Shown: positions 38,152 to 52,057 of the stretch, one piece after another
Position numbering within the stretch: the stretch's first letter is position 1
How the letters are laid out: each line of letters begins with the position of its first letter
Source of the DNA: Gnetum montanum
Taxonomy: Eukaryota > Plantae > Gnetophyta
Direction of reading: 5' to 3'
NCBI GenBank assembly: GCA_015680685.1
Contig: MNCI01000527.1
Coordinates: 124,001 to 188,000 of the forward strand
Length of the DNA stretch: 64,000 bases
Translations under genes and position numbers: made by a program
The notes under the pieces: generated by a model
What the model was told of the DNA's origin: nothing
Databases searched by the model: none
What the model saw: the letters and a program-made list of their open reading frames with translations, nothing else

Positions 38152-38470
38152 CACTGCCACCATGGTTAGGCCTTTAATTGGCTAGAAGGAATGGCCAGTT
38201 TACTTCCTGTCGTACTTCACCTAGCTATCATGACTTGCTTGTATTGGATTTGCCACAACATGCTTGGCATGACCTCTAAGCCCAAGTATAAATGCTTAAG
38301 GGTAAACTCCCAAAGGTTACCTCAAGAAACACATCCATTATTACAACATGTTCTTTCGAGTCTTAATTACAACTACCCTTTCGAGTCTTATTACGATAAC
38401 AATAACACTTGTTATGAAGAGGCACCATATTTGTTAGGCATCAACATCATTTGGAAATGGGGATGTGACA
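38152..38470 (-). repeat. Partial second LTR of the CCR4-carrying element
   Basis: Colinear with 34108-34435 and ends in GGGGATGTGACA. Confidence 0.7.
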
Positions 38471-39037
38471 TCCACCCTTAAGTCCTCTTGAATGTAATGT
38501 AGCTTATTTAGTGGGGAAACAATTATGTCCATCAAACACAATGAGTTTGATGGGAAAACCAAGTCAGTTGAGTGTAATGCAGCTCATTCAACAGGAAAAC
38601 CATATCAAACTAGCCTTGACATTAAAACCCAATGAAGGTTTCATCCCACAAAAAAGGGGGGAAGAAAATTATTAAGAAGTTGAATGACCAGTGAAGCCTC
38701 AAAGTCTAATGGCCAAAGAAACCTTGGAGTGAAGTGATTGGATCCTCAAATGCATTTGCTAAGTGACCAACACTTCAAAACATGTCAATGTCATGCTATA
38801 GCCATGATGTTAACACTTGGAATGCATTGTTAGCCTCCATGACCATCACTCTAATGACCTCACTACCATCATCTTGTCATAGCCTTATCCCATCATCACA
38901 AGCACTATTTAGCATGGTTCGACATGACTGGATCAGGTGCAAAGAGGGAATGTCAATGGTGGACCTATAGTTGTGTTTTGTATTTTTTGTTAATGCCTCT
39001 GAGGTCAATCCTCTAAACACCAACAAAGAGGATCCAT

Positions 39038-40466
39038 TGAAACACCATAAAAATTTGCATGTTATAACATTTTTTCATCATGTAGCCTTCACCCCATGAA
39101 ACCTGAGGTAAAACGTCATTGTAAATGTGAAGGTTGTAATTCATGAGGGGCAATCTCATATATTTCATACTTTTAGGGCTGAAAATGCCTCATAAGTGGT
39201 AAAAGCCTCATCCTCCAAGTGGAAAAAGTCATGTACTTTATCTATTTGGGCTTGGAAAGATCAAAAATACCTTTTGGAATGACAAAAATGGAAATTTAAT
39301 GGGTTTTATGGGGGGTATACACTTTTCTACGTTGGAAACACTTACAAGGGGGAGATATTATCCATCCCCAGCATGGAAGGGCAAACCTCAACATGGAAGG
39401 GTATGGTGGCATCTATGATTAGTGTGGAAACTTCACCCCCAGTGTGGAGAATACATGCCCAGTGTGGAGATTGTATGTCCCCAGTGTAGAAGCCACATGC
39501 ATCAAATTTCAACATTTAATGTACTTCAACATTGACCATGCACTCTAGCAAGGATGATAAAAGGTCCAATGTAGAACATCTACCTCCAATGTAGATGGTG
39601 TGCCATCATTACTATTTATAGTAAATAGAATGGTTATGGGGGTTTAACACTTTCCATACATAGTAACCCTCCAAATTGAGCATCCATCTCACCTATACAT
39701 AAATTTGCAGCAATTTGTAGCCGAACTGTCAACCTAATTCTAGCCAATTTTCAGCCCAATCCAAGGCCCAAAACCTATAAAAATTAGCCTCAAACATCAT
39801 TATGAGGTTTCACACTTTGGAATTTTTTGATCATGTGGAAATTGTAGCATTTGAGAGCTCTTACAAACTAGCTAAAATGCAACTTCTCAAACCTCCCTTA
39901 GCGTGGAACCATTGTAGCCTTGTGATCCCTCATTACCCCCTTGAGATTTGTGAGTTTTTGGGTTTCTACATTGCACTCCTAGGATCCTTAACTCCCAGTG
40001 TAGAGTACTTTGGTAGCCCAAATCCTCTAGTTTTCTCACCTTCCAATAGTAGCCAATGTTGCAAATCTAGAGCAACAATAGAGGAGGTTTGATAGTATTG
40101 GAAGTGGCTGAGCATCTAGATCATGAAGTGGATTATATCGTCTTCAATAGATTTGAAACCCCTACCCAAGTGAGCCTCCTTTTCTCTTCCATGAGAAACT
40201 ATTGTAAAAATCTCTTGAATTCATTCTTTATTTTTAATAAAGTTTTAAGATTTTAATTTTGTGTGAAACCTGTATTTGCTTTCCATTTTTAGATCTACAT
40301 TCTTCTTGGGCATTGTTCATTTTGCATTTTGTAAGTTCCTAGGTAATTTTTGGAGCATCCAGAGCATCCTAAATCCCATTTTTTTAGAGCCCTTGGGGAT
40401 TTAGGGTTAAAGCTATTACGCTGAGATTTTATGGTTTTCCAGTGACCAAATTTTTCAATCACTACA
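39038..40466 (+). repeat. 3' LTR of host Tat element (~1429 bp)
   Basis: Starts TGAAACACCATAAAAATTT after caacaaagaggatccat. Ends ...ccagtgaccaaatttttcaatcactaca, matching the nested LTR end ...tcagcgaccgacattttccatcgttaca. Length close to 1443 bp. Confidence 0.8.
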
Positions 40467-40494
40467 CTATGGAAGTGTGCTAGTCGCATGGCGT

Positions 40495-41070
40495 CATAGT
40501 TTATCTAGACCTTGCTACCAGATGACCATCTTATTTTTGGAAGCCACAAAATTAGAGTAGTTATTCCCTATTGGAAGATCTAAATGCCTTCTAGATGAAC
40601 CTTTGGTTTCTGGTAACTCATAACTTCAAGTAGTTGTTCCCTTTTGGTAGGTTTAATGCCTTCTAGTTGGGATTGTAGATGGGTGCTTGTTGCACTTCCT
40701 TGTGGTTTACTTTAACCTTGCTACTGAATGAACCTCTACCTTCTAGAAGCCACAAAATTGAAGTAATTATTCCCTTTCATAAGGTCTTAATGCCTTTCGG
40801 TGTGGGATTATGAGATGGTACTTGTTGCACTGCCTTGCACTTTACCTAAACGTTGCTACCAGATGATCCTTTGGCTTTCAAAGGCCATAAACTCCAAGTA
40901 ATTATTCACTATCGGAAGGTCTGAATGCCTTTCAGATGATCTTCATGCTTTCAGATGACCCTCCTCCTTTTGGTAGCCTCAAACTCTATACAATTACTCC
41001 CTTCTAGAAGGTTTGAGTGCCTTCTAGTTGGGATTGTAGAAGGGTGCTAGTCACATGACCTTGCACTTTA
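40495..41070. repeat. Degenerate tandem repeat (~60-130 bp units)
   Basis: Recurring ccttgctaccagatga...aagccacaaaatt...aatgccttctag...gggattgtaga. Confidence 0.65.
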
Positions 41071-43027
41071 CATTACACATTAGGAGATGTGAGCATATGT
41101 GAGTTATAGTCTATCATCGTCAGGATGAGTATGCATTCATGTCAACATGAAACACATCCATGATCATGATGCACATTATCCATGTACATCAATAACAAAT
41201 TCACAACATACATACCCATGCCCTTACTAACCACATCATAGGCTTTGTAACTGCCTAATGACAACAATGGTAACCTTGTCCATCCAACAATATTTCCTGC
41301 TATTGTATTACCAATAGCGATCAAATTTACAGTATGCACTACTTGTCAAATCCTATTTTTTCCATTAATAAAGGGTAACCTTAAAAATATACTTCATAAG
41401 AAAAGCATATTTAAAAATTGGTTCATCATCTTTGAAAAGATTATTAAAATTATGGACCTTTGTAAGAAGATCTATATTTAAAAAAGCCTATTATAAAAAG
41501 GGTAATATATATGGCAAGAGAAAGGTTACATTGTCATACTTAAAATTGAAAGGGTGGTAATGGACAATTGGACACAGTGTGAATTAAAAGGCCTCAATAA
41601 CTCAATGTTTCATTCTTTACATTAATTATTGTGACCTATTCAAGAGTTAGGCCACTATGAATTTGTGCTTGAAATGCTACTATGATCTAATGTTACAAAA
41701 ATCCTTGACAAGTTACATCAAACTTCGCCAGTGGATACATGAGCTACTCTTAGTCATACAAGGTTTTGGGTAAGCAAGTAATTGAAGCTAAACATTTGTG
41801 GCAGAGGTGAGTGGTAACATTGCCAATATATGTTATGTCAACAACCACTATTCATCGTCCAAGCCATCATAGATTGGATCAAGAAATGTTGGCTTATCTA
41901 TCTCATGTCAAAAATCATTGCGCATCATCCAGGCCATCATGGATTGGAGGAAGAAACCTTGGCTTTTGGGTTAAGGAGGTGGAGTAGCTTGCTATGACTC
42001 TCAGTGTGGAAGGAAAGACCAAGACAAAAGGCAAAGGCAAAGGTAGGGAGGAGGCAAGGAAACAACAACAACAACATGAATATGCATAGCCAAAGGAACT
42101 TAGCTGCACAATAAAGTATAGAGAAAATGAAGCTTTCTTGCTATAAAAGAGCAAAGATAGTTTTATTTGTAGTAGTGAAAAAGGGAAATTTCAATCATTA
42201 AAAATGGGCAAAAGCAAATCTTTGTAGTCGAAGTCTATTCTTGAAATCATTGTAATTTCCCTCCTAATAATTTCATTTGATATATAAAATAGTAGACATT
42301 TTTTTGTTACAAATCTTGAAATCTTTTTTTTGGTGGCATTATTATAAAGAAGGGAAAAAGAGGGCTTTTTATAATAAGAAATCTTTGTAATTGAAGTTGA
42401 TTAAAATCTTTGCAATTTTCTAAGTGTTTCATTTGGCATATATAAAAGTACGATTTTTATTACAAATTTTGAAACTCTTTTTTTATGTATGTATTTCTCA
42501 ATATTTTAACAAATTTTTTTAAAATAAATTCATCTATAATAGTGGTCTAATTGCAGATAGGGAAAAGGAGGGTTTTAAGGAAGTTAACTGTTAGTGTTGT
42601 CAACATAGTTATTTCTATGTCTCAAAGATCATGATAATAAGGTATTTACAATTCAAATCAATAATGATTTATTTAATATTTGCAACTCTTGGATTTTTTA
42701 AGCACACATATATAATTGGTAATATTTTTATCTAGAAATTCTATATTGTTATCTAGAAAGTTTTGAGGTTAAGTTAGGGCCTTTTTGTTGAATTTCTTAG
42801 GGAAGCCACAACAAGAATTTCCTCGATTTCTAAAACATGTTTTTGATATATATTTTTTTCTATTTTAACAAGTCTCATAGTTACCTCAAAGAAAATAGTT
42901 TGTTTCTAATGTCTTTACTATTTTCTACTAATTTTTTTGTTTCAATGTTTATTTCTTTCTTATGCATGATATTTTATCAAAGGAAGTAATTATTGTTAGA
43001 TTCATAATGAATTAATAGGTTTCTACT

Positions 43028-44792
43028 ATGGCTCCAATTGGTAGATCAAAAAAAAATAAAAGGTAATCGAGTATTAAAAAATGTTAAAAATTGAAAACAA
43101 TAGAAACCAATATAGAAGACAAAAAATGATATAGATATTGAAATGGAAGATGAGAGTAATTTAAAGAAAGAAAAAAAGTGAAACCAAAATGCTCATTTAA
43201 TCCTAGAAGAGAGAATCAAAAGTTTTTTATGTACCAAGTATAAATCATACATAAAAAATAAACCATTTGCTAATGAAAGTATGTCACAATACAAATAAGT
43301 ACTCTATTTGCTCATGCCAACTTTGATGCACATAGGCATTCAATATTCTTGTCAACGCAATTAGACAAAATTTATGTTCCAATAAAAAATCATATTGAGC
43401 TAATGTAAGATTAAAAAAAGTCAAGGATAATTAGTGTAATAGAAAATATGTATTTCATAGCAATCAAAAATCTCCTTGTTGATTTATTCATAGACTTATG
43501 TGATTTTCTTAGGTGTAAAGAAACTCCAAATACGTCATCAATAAATGAATATTTTACATATACTAATATAAAAGAATTTTTAGTTGCTTCAAAGCAATTT
43601 TATTGGGAAAAGCTAAAAGTAGAAATTAGATCAAGTCCATTTTATGCAATTTTGCTTTATGAAAGTATAGATAGGACTATGGAGCCTACTTAATTTTTAT
43701 ATAACATATTGACATGATGGTGGAAAAGGTCTTCTAGTTACCAAATTTTTCAAACTTCTCGAAGTAAAGAATGGAATTGCATAGGCTATGTTTCATGCAA
43801 TAAATGATTTATTAGCAAAAATGCAATCACCAAAGAAAAAAATGATTAGTTTAGGCGTAGATGTGGCATCTTCCATAAGAGGTTTGAATAAAGGACTATT
43901 GGTAAATTGCTTAAAAATATTCCACATTTCATTTCAATTCATTGCATTGCCCATAGGGAGGCTATATCTGATGCAACTAATACATTTCTAGAATTTAAAG
44001 TTGTTGAAAAATTGGCAAAAAAAAAAAGATCTATTCTTGGCTAGGAAGATCAACTAAGAGGCATGCTAAGTTTTAAGACTTATTAAATGTGTTTGATTTA
44101 AAAAATCTTTCAGTGCTTCAAATTCATTTTGTCTATTTGCTTTCTAGGGGTCAAGTTATGGAAAGACTTGTAAAAGTAATGTCTGCATCACTTCAAGAGC
44201 GGAAATCAAAAGATATTAAATTATATGAATTGACAACATTGTATCAAGTGAAATTTTATATAAATATNGTATTTAATGCATCAATATTATTTAGCCCTCA
44301 TTGTTACAATGATGATGAATATATGCAATATGAGGAAATGCATAAATGGTTAAAATGTCTTTGTCAAAAATTTGATGTTGAAACCAATGTAATTATCAAT
44401 TCTAAAAATGCATGGGTGAAATGGAAAAGTCTATTATTATAGCTTGTACTGCACTTGCAAACAAAAATATGCTATCAACTTTGTTACATTATGGTGGAGA
44501 AAGTGAATGGATGGAATCTTTTTAAATTTTAATGAAACTTTGGAGGATCGTTTTGATATTTCTAGTAAGCATAGCAATATGTAAAAGAGGATTTTCTAAG
44601 TCAAATATGATAAAATGTAGTTGCAGGTCAAATTTATTAATTAAAACATTGGATATGTTGATGTTCATATCTTTACCAGCACCACAAGAATTGAAAGATG
44701 TAGAATGGAATAAAATTTTTGAAATATGGTCATTCAAAATTTGTAGACCTATGAGCTTAGACAACATAGAATGTATGCTCAGTTTTCTTTAA
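43028..44792 (+). pseudogene. hAT-superfamily transposase relic (ZNF862/KIAA1586-like)
   Basis: SSPFYAILLYESIDRT resembles the 'DESTD' motif; HCIAHR (CxxH) at ~43940; C-terminal CKRGFSKSNMIK...RSNL resembles the hAT dimerisation motif CERxFS. Frameshifted; TIRs not found. Confidence 0.75.
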
Positions 44793-45968
44793 GTTTTATA
44801 ATTTTTTTTATTTTAATTATACATTTGTAATATAGTTATTTTTATTTTTCTATTGGTGTTTAAGGTTTTAAAGTAGATTGTGAAGCTGGATGCAATTAAA
44901 GAAATATAGTACAATTTTTATTTTCTATAACAGGTATTTTTCATAAAATTTATTTTAGCATATCAAGAATATGTATAAAAAAGTCTAAATTTTAAACATA
45001 TGTATCCATAAATGATGATAAATGTTTAACAATGGTAGGTTACTTTGTTTATTAATGATAAATATTTTTCAGATTTATGATTTTTATTTAATAAATGTTG
45101 AATGGGCTTTTTATTTTATGTTTCTTTAGTAGATGTAGCATTGAAGGTTACAGAAAAGTGATTTTATAAGATAGAATTAGAAATTGAAAATTAAAAAGAT
45201 GGATCTAGAAGGTGGAAATTTAAAGGCTAATATATATGTCAAAAATTTATAAAGTCTTGAGTCTTGTGATTGCTTGTTCCAAAATTTTGTATCTACTGTA
45301 AAGTTTCTATATGAGACAATAGGAAATTATTTTTATGACAAAATCCATCACATTTGATCATAAATTTTGTTATATTAGTATTTCAATGATAATAATTAAC
45401 AATTACATTAATTATTTTATTGCAAATTGAAATATCTTTTCTAATGAATTAATTTGTTAAGCTATATTTGTTATTTTTGGCAATTTAAAGTTAAATATAT
45501 ATGAAGTTATTTGAAAGTTAATTTACCAGTTAAAATGTTTTTTGAATCATACTTTTAAAAGCTAAAGCCTATAATTGGAATGAAGAATACAAATTTACCC
45601 TGCAGAAAAAAGGATAACTTGAAAATCACCTTGCACTCAAGAAGGGTAGCTTCAAAATTACCCTTCATGTGAAAGTGGGGGGTACTTATCAATTTTTATC
45701 ATTGATTACCAAGTGATAATTACATCAATGGATGAGAAATTAGTTTGCTTTACATTGGTGTATTATAGCCTTTGTGTCATTGGGGGTAACCTCACTATGC
45801 AATTTTAAGAGTGGTGATGGTGGTGTTTGACACATAACTAAGTAGCAATACATAACATTAAATTTTATTGCACTTTATGTTAAACATGATGGTAAGCTTT
45901 CAAGACTAATTACCTTAGGTGTAGAAACCTTGAAATAATAGTCATATATGTACATTCCAACATATATA

Positions 45969-47033
45969 TGAGGATCAAGAATTTAGAAGGAAGGATGAAT
46001 AATTTCCCCAAAATAAAATTAAACAACAAAAACCACACTAAAAAATTACGTGGTTCCCAATCTTTTGTAATCCACACTTGGAGGGTAGAATCCTTACACA
46101 CCTCTAGACTTTGTTTCTCAAAAAGTGGTTTGAAGGGCACCACACCTTGTACAAGGTTGTAATCTTTGCTTTGGAGTGTTTCATTGCTACAAAACCACTC
46201 AAACCCGCAAGGTCCCAATAAGCTTAGAATATGGTTTCAAAGATCCCACAACCTTTGCAATTTGAGATTTGCTCTAGAGTGTTTTGATGCTACATAAACA
46301 CTTAATCCTGTAGGATCCCCACATGCTCAATGATGATGCCTTCTTGCAAGAAGCACATCAACCCCAATAGGGCTACAAGAGAGAAACAAAAATACAAGAA
46401 AAGAGTGTAACTTAAATTACAAGTCCTTGTACTTTGAAGCACAATTCTACAATCAATCAAGCAAATAATTTGACAAATGAAGTACAAAAGTATAATATTC
46501 AATGATTGCTTTGATAGTGACAATGCATGCACAATACTTACTTAATACCCAAGAAATTTAAGTCTTCTTATAGCCTTTAAGTTTCTGAAAATACCTCGAA
46601 ATTTATGCAACAAATATCTAATGGCTAGTGTAGATGTATCCTTTGAGATTGGGATGTCTCTTTGAAATTGACTTCAATTTTGAGGAGACATCTCTTCTGA
46701 AAGTTGGATGTATCATGGGATGAAAGGAGATGTCTTTTCTGAATGTACTCCACTTTGGCCAAGATATCTTTTGCTTCTTAGAGACGTCTTCTCAAATTTT
46801 GGACTTTGGAATTATCTTCCTCTAGATCAGTGGAGCATCTTCACTTTAATTGTAGTCCTCGTACTTGTTCATGCTTCCTTAAGTTCTTATAGTCTTTATT
46901 TCTTGCTTATGCACTCATCTATTTGTAGAGATCATTTCTCAAGTCCTCATTCATGCCCTGCATAATCATTACATTCCACAACATTCTATGTTCTCCATTT
47001 TTCTTAAGGTTTTGACATACCAAAAACTTAACA
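45969..47033 (-). repeat. 3' LTR of SIRE-like element
   Basis: TGAGGATC...AACA, colinear with 50013-51104. Confidence 0.9.
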
Positions 47034-47379
47034 ATCCTTCCCTTTTGGTTGATGTCCAAAACTTAAAAAAATGGATGAGTCGATAAACTGACAAATAATA
47101 ACTATCTTCAATAAAATATTAAGATGTATAAATTTCAATGGTAATCAAGGTTATAACTAGGATAATGGCTCTAAAGCTCAAAGTAAAGGATAGAGATTTG
47201 TCTCCACAAAAATGCTCAAATATATAATAAGTAATATTTTCCCATACCACAAAATATCCTCAGCATGTATAAAAATCACATATGTGTAAATCCACAACAA
47301 AAATTTCATATGTATACATCAAGCCAAGCTATTTTTCCCTTTTTGGACATCATCAAAAGGAGAAAGAGAACCCAAGGAC

Positions 47380-49015
47380 CCTAGTCACTAACCTTGATCG
47401 CGTCATCAGACTCATCATCTAAAGCAGTTGTAGCTCTAGAGGATTTGTACATCTCTTCCTCACCATCATCACTGTTGGTGCTGGTGTTGGTCACATGCTA
47501 CTCATCATAATTAGTTGAAGAGGATGGATAAATAGGAGCTCTTCATGGACAAAGCTTCACTTCAAACCAAGATGAAGTTGGTGGATCTCGATGGGCTCGA
47601 TGGGCTGGAGTCTACTATGAAGATGAGGAAGCTTCCTTCCTCTAATAAGTTATGGCATTGACATACCTTCATGGGGACGAAGTCCCAAAGATGCTCTCCA
47701 TGGCCTACTACTTGAATGATCTAGGGGCATCATCTTGATGATGAGAACTGATGCTAGGTTGCATGGGATCAGGATGCTTCCCCTGGACACATGCCAATGG
47801 TGCATCAGGCTCCCCTAAATCAGACTCATTTTCTGAGTGCTAGGCCTATGAAGGTCCAACTACCACTGAATGTCTTAGTGGAGTAGGAAGGTCCTCCTCA
47901 TTATCTGAGATGGGAGGAGTGATGGTCTCCTCAAACTGCTATCCATTAGGAGGAAGAGGTACTCTAGCAGCATCCATTCTCTTACGTAAGTAAGAGAGAT
48001 TCTTACTAATCATCCCCAAAGTATGAGCAAATGGCTAAAGTAGCTTCTTTAGGGATGATCTCACCTATCCACTAGTAGATTTGGACCTTCGTAACTGAGG
48101 AGAGGCCTTGGATGATGATGCTAATATTTTCTTCTATGATGGAGGTGGCTTGGTGTTGGCTCTTGCTTCATTTGCATGGGAGGAGTTCCTTTTCTCTGCG
48201 TACTCCCTAAGTCTCCTCCTACCTTTGAGTAAAGGCATCTTTGAAATGGGCACACCTCTCTAATGAATCAATAGACTGATGAGGTAAGGCTACCCAAAGA
48301 TCCTCTCCTTGGTGAACATGTTCAACATATCACGATAGAGAGTATGCCCTAAGTCCAATGGTTATCTTGTAAGTAATCAGTAGAGAACAAAAGCTTGGGA
48401 TGGCAAAAAATAGTTATAGCTTTCTCCTTTTATGATAATGCTATATAGAATAATAAGGGACAAGGTGAAAGCATCTACAAGTATCCTATTCCTATAAATT
48501 CTTTGTCTACTAAAAGATACAAACTTAGCAAATAAGGCATCATAGAACTCATCATGTGTGACAAGAATTATAACACTTGTAAAAATATCATTCATAGAAT
48601 GAATGACAACTTGAAAGACATCCACACTAGAAATCCCAAGAAGGGCATTCACCACTTGGGGAGATACATCAATTACAAGATCCCCAACCATAGTTGTAAA
48701 TGCTGTAATAGCAGCATTTGTAATTACAATATTGTAATAGAATTCTCTTGCAACCACTTTAGGAATACAAAAATCCATGGAAATAAAAGTAGCCCATTTT
48801 AAAATTTGAAAGTAACTCATCAATGCTTGTTATCTATTTAGAGGAAAGGATGGAGAATGATCAGAAATAATGCTAACAATTTGAGTTACCTCAAACCAGT
48901 GCTGGATGTTGGTAGATCTAAATTGGGTGATGTAGGTACTTGGATTGCTGGTGGAGCCTCCGCTTGACCTCTTCTTAGGTGGCACCCTTGAAATTTCAAC
49001 ATTCTTGTGGGCCAT
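47380..49015 (-). pseudogene. env-like accessory ORF of SIRE-like element
   Basis: ORFs 48830-49015 and 48377-48823 are in the same frame; motif KVVAREFYYN resembles the 'LVxEFYxN' of SIRE/Athila extra ORFs; low-complexity acidic C-terminus. 3' end approximate. Confidence 0.7.
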
Positions 49016-49439
49016 AGCTACTCAAATTGCTATTTTTGGTGGAACCTTAGTCATCTCTTTATGATTGTCTTTGTTGAAAATAAATAAGAGATGAGGGTTT
49101 GGATTTAAATAGCAATGTTCAATGAGGATTTTTAATGAAAAAGTAGATGTCTCCTTAGAAAGATAGATGTCTCCTCCACATTTTAAAATATAGGTAGATG
49201 TCTCTATTTAAGAGTAGATGTCTTTGTCACATTAAATGAAAAATTAGATAGACATCTCTGTTTGAGAGTAGATGTCTCTATGTAGACATCTCCTTTTTGA
49301 GGTAGATGTCTTCTAGGAGACATCCCTAGGAAGACGTCTCTTCTAGATGGGTTTGAACAAGATGGGGTTCAGGAAAGGCTATCAAGGATTATAGTCTTAT
49401 AAGATAATTACAATAAATTAAAAAATTACCTCTACTTAC

Positions 49440-49963
49440 CCTCTTTGCTAATGAAAATGAAGGTGTCTAGCAGGCTTGAGAATGAGATTTCTCTTTATCA
49501 TTCATAACCTCTAATGGCCACAAATAGATCATTCACCCTAGAGAAATAATCTTTTATCTTTTCTCCTTCTCTTATTTTGAGCTTATTTTATTCACTTTTC
49601 AAAACTAAAAGTTTAGATTTCTTAACAATCAATGTTCTCTTATATGTAGCTTCTAAATTTTCTCAAATCTCTTTGGCCATTTTACATCCAACTACTTTAT
49701 TAAATTTAGATTTATTCAATGCACACTACAAATAGTTTTTTTTCTTTTGAATTAAACATGAACATATCTTTTTCTTTTTATGTCCATTTGCTCTAGGGCT
49801 TGATGGCCTTTGTTATGCTATTAACGAGTAGTATGTAGCCTTCAAGGATGGACTCCAATACTTCAAACTCCATAGACTTGAAGAAGCCTTGCATCCTTGT
49901 CTTCCAATAGGCAAAGTCAAAACCATCAAACATAGGTGGCTTTGTGTAAGATGTCCCCTCCAT
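49440..49963 (-). pseudogene. gag: Copia gag N-terminal stub
   Basis: MEGTSYTKPPMFDGFDFAYWKTRMQGFF matches the PPxFDGxNYxxWKxRM start of SIRE gag; truncated. Confidence 0.8.
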
Positions 49964-50012
49964 AGTTCACTCTTTGATGTTGAATAAAAGAGTATCGAAC
50001 TTTGATACTACT

Positions 50013-51104
50013 TAAGGATTAAGCACTTAGAAGGGAGGATGAATAATTTCCCCAAAATAAAATTAAACAACCACAAAAATCACACTAAAAAATTATGTGG
50101 TTCTCTAACTTGGGTACTCCATACTTGAAGGGTGGATTCTTTGCACACCTTTGGACTTTATATCTCAAATAGTGGTTTGAAGGGAACCACATCCTTTACA
50201 AGCTCTAAGCTCTACTCCAGAGTGTTGCATATTGCAAAATCACTTAATCCCGTAAGGTCCCAAGAAGCTTAGAATGTGGTTTCAAGGATCCCAAAACTTT
50301 TACAAATTGAGCTCCACTTTGGAGTGTTTTTATGCTACACAAACACTCAATCTTGTAGGATCTTGACAAGCTCAATGATGATGCATTCGTGCAAGAAGCA
50401 CATTAATCCTAGTAGGGCTATAAGAGAGAAATAAAAATAGAAGGATAGAGCATAACTTAAATTATAGGTCCTTGTGCTTTAAAGCAGAATTCTACAATTA
50501 ATCACGAAAATGATTTGACAAATGAAGTACATAAGTACAATATTCATGGATTGATTTTATAGTGACAATGCATGCATAACGCTTCCTTAATACCCAAGAA
50601 ATTAAAGTCTTCTTATAGCCTTGAAGTTTTCGAGAACACCTTAGAATTCATGTAACAACTATCTAATAGCTAGTGTAGACGTATCCTTCAAGATTGGGAT
50701 GTCTCTCTAAAATTAACTTCAATTTTGAGGAGATGTCTCTTTTGAAAGCAGAACATCTCATGGGATATGTCTCTATGGAGATGCCCTTTTCTACAAGGAG
50801 ACATCTTCTTTGAATGTACTCCACTTTAGCTAAGACATCTTCTTCTTCTTAGAGATTTGTTCTTAACTTTTGGACTTTGGAATTAGCTTCCTCTCAATCA
50901 CTGGAGCATTGTCATTTTTCTTGTAGTCCTTGTACTTGTTCATTCTTTCTTGAGTCCTTATAGTCTTCATTTCTTTCCCGTCCATTTATATTTTCATAGA
51001 CATCATTTCTCAAGCTCTCATTCATGCCTTGCATAATCATTACATTCCACAACATTATATGTTCTCCATTTTCTTTAAGGTTTTTACATACCAAAAGGCC
51101 AACA
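50013..51104 (-). repeat. 5' LTR of SIRE-like element
   Basis: Direct repeat of 45969-47033, adjacent to the PBS relic. Confidence 0.9.
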
Positions 51105-52057
51105 ATATAGTCTAATTAAAACTTTATACTTTTTTCTTAGAATCAAACATGTAATTTGGAGCTTTTAAATAAAAAAATTTACCACTAGGCTAACACCTCG
51201 TTATCAATTTATTAATAAATAAAGAAAGGAGAGTATATTAGGATATCATAATACAAAGAATAATTGTTCAAAGTACAAAAAGTATTCTAACTCATAATTA
51301 ATAGCATAAAAAAATAGCAACAAAAGACCAAAAAAGATAATAATTGAGGTTGTTGCTTTTAAAATGACACCAACAGTAAAGCCAAAATAACAAAAATCTT
51401 CACTAATAATTCAGTAGCAAGAGATAAATGTAATCTATTAACTACTCACAAAAGGTAGGCTTACATACTACACTAAATAAATGTAACATCTTATTGAAGG
51501 AGAACAAATAAAGCTTCTTAGCTATTAAGCTGGTAAAGAAGAACATATTTATTTCTAACTTTAGCAAATCTACCATTGCTAAGAAGATGAAGGGAGAGAT
51601 AGTGTTGGCACATTTGGCCATTACATGGAGCAGTTGGAATATTTTGTTTAAAATATTAGCACAATCCCTGGTTGTAAATTTGCAGTTTAGTATTGTGAGT
51701 TAATGGGTATTCTTGGAGAAGCAAGCCAATGGTAAATAATCTTGATGTTGAAGCCTTCTTGGAAAGTAAATTAAAATGCCAAGTAATTTTCTTGAGTGAA
51801 GATTGGAATAAAAAAAAGGAGGTGATTATTTACCACAAGAAAGCATACTCCCTGTTAATATTGGCAAAATAGATAACACTATGGGTAATGGATTATCAAA
51901 AATCGGCTAAGAGTTGGAAGCAAGTGAAGGACCTAACGAACTACCAACTAGTTTTGAATCTATAAATTTAAAATTATCAAAGGATGTGAAGGTTTCTATA
52001 TTGCAGAAAAACCCAAATTCACGTATGTCCAAAGGCCCATTGTTAACGCTGCCGGAG

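Larger units (their letters stand above)
33869..38470 (-). mobile_element. Non-autonomous chromovirus-like LTR element carrying a CCR4-like ORF, inserted in the host 3' region
   Basis: Termini TGTGACATCCC...GGGATGTGACA, flanks TCCAT (33864-33868) and TCCAC (38471-38475), repeat pair 34108-34435 / 38152-38470, reverse-complement PPT at 34436-34450. Confidence 0.65.
1..40466 (+). mobile_element. Old, degenerate Ty3/gypsy Tat-clade LTR retrotransposon (host element; 5' end outside window), carrying two nested insertions
   Basis: gag/PR relic at 1-2250, RT-RH-aRH-INT relic at 29857-33320, PPT at 39025-39037 and a 3' LTR whose two termini align with the LTR termini of the nested relative. Confidence 0.85.
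45969..51104 (-). mobile_element. Non-autonomous Ty1/copia SIRE-like element (gag stub plus env-like ORF, no pol)
   Basis: LTRs 45969-47033 and 50013-51104, TSD ATATA, decayed tRNA-iMet PBS (ctttgatacta at ~50000-50010), PPTs at ~47034 and ~47335. Confidence 0.9.
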
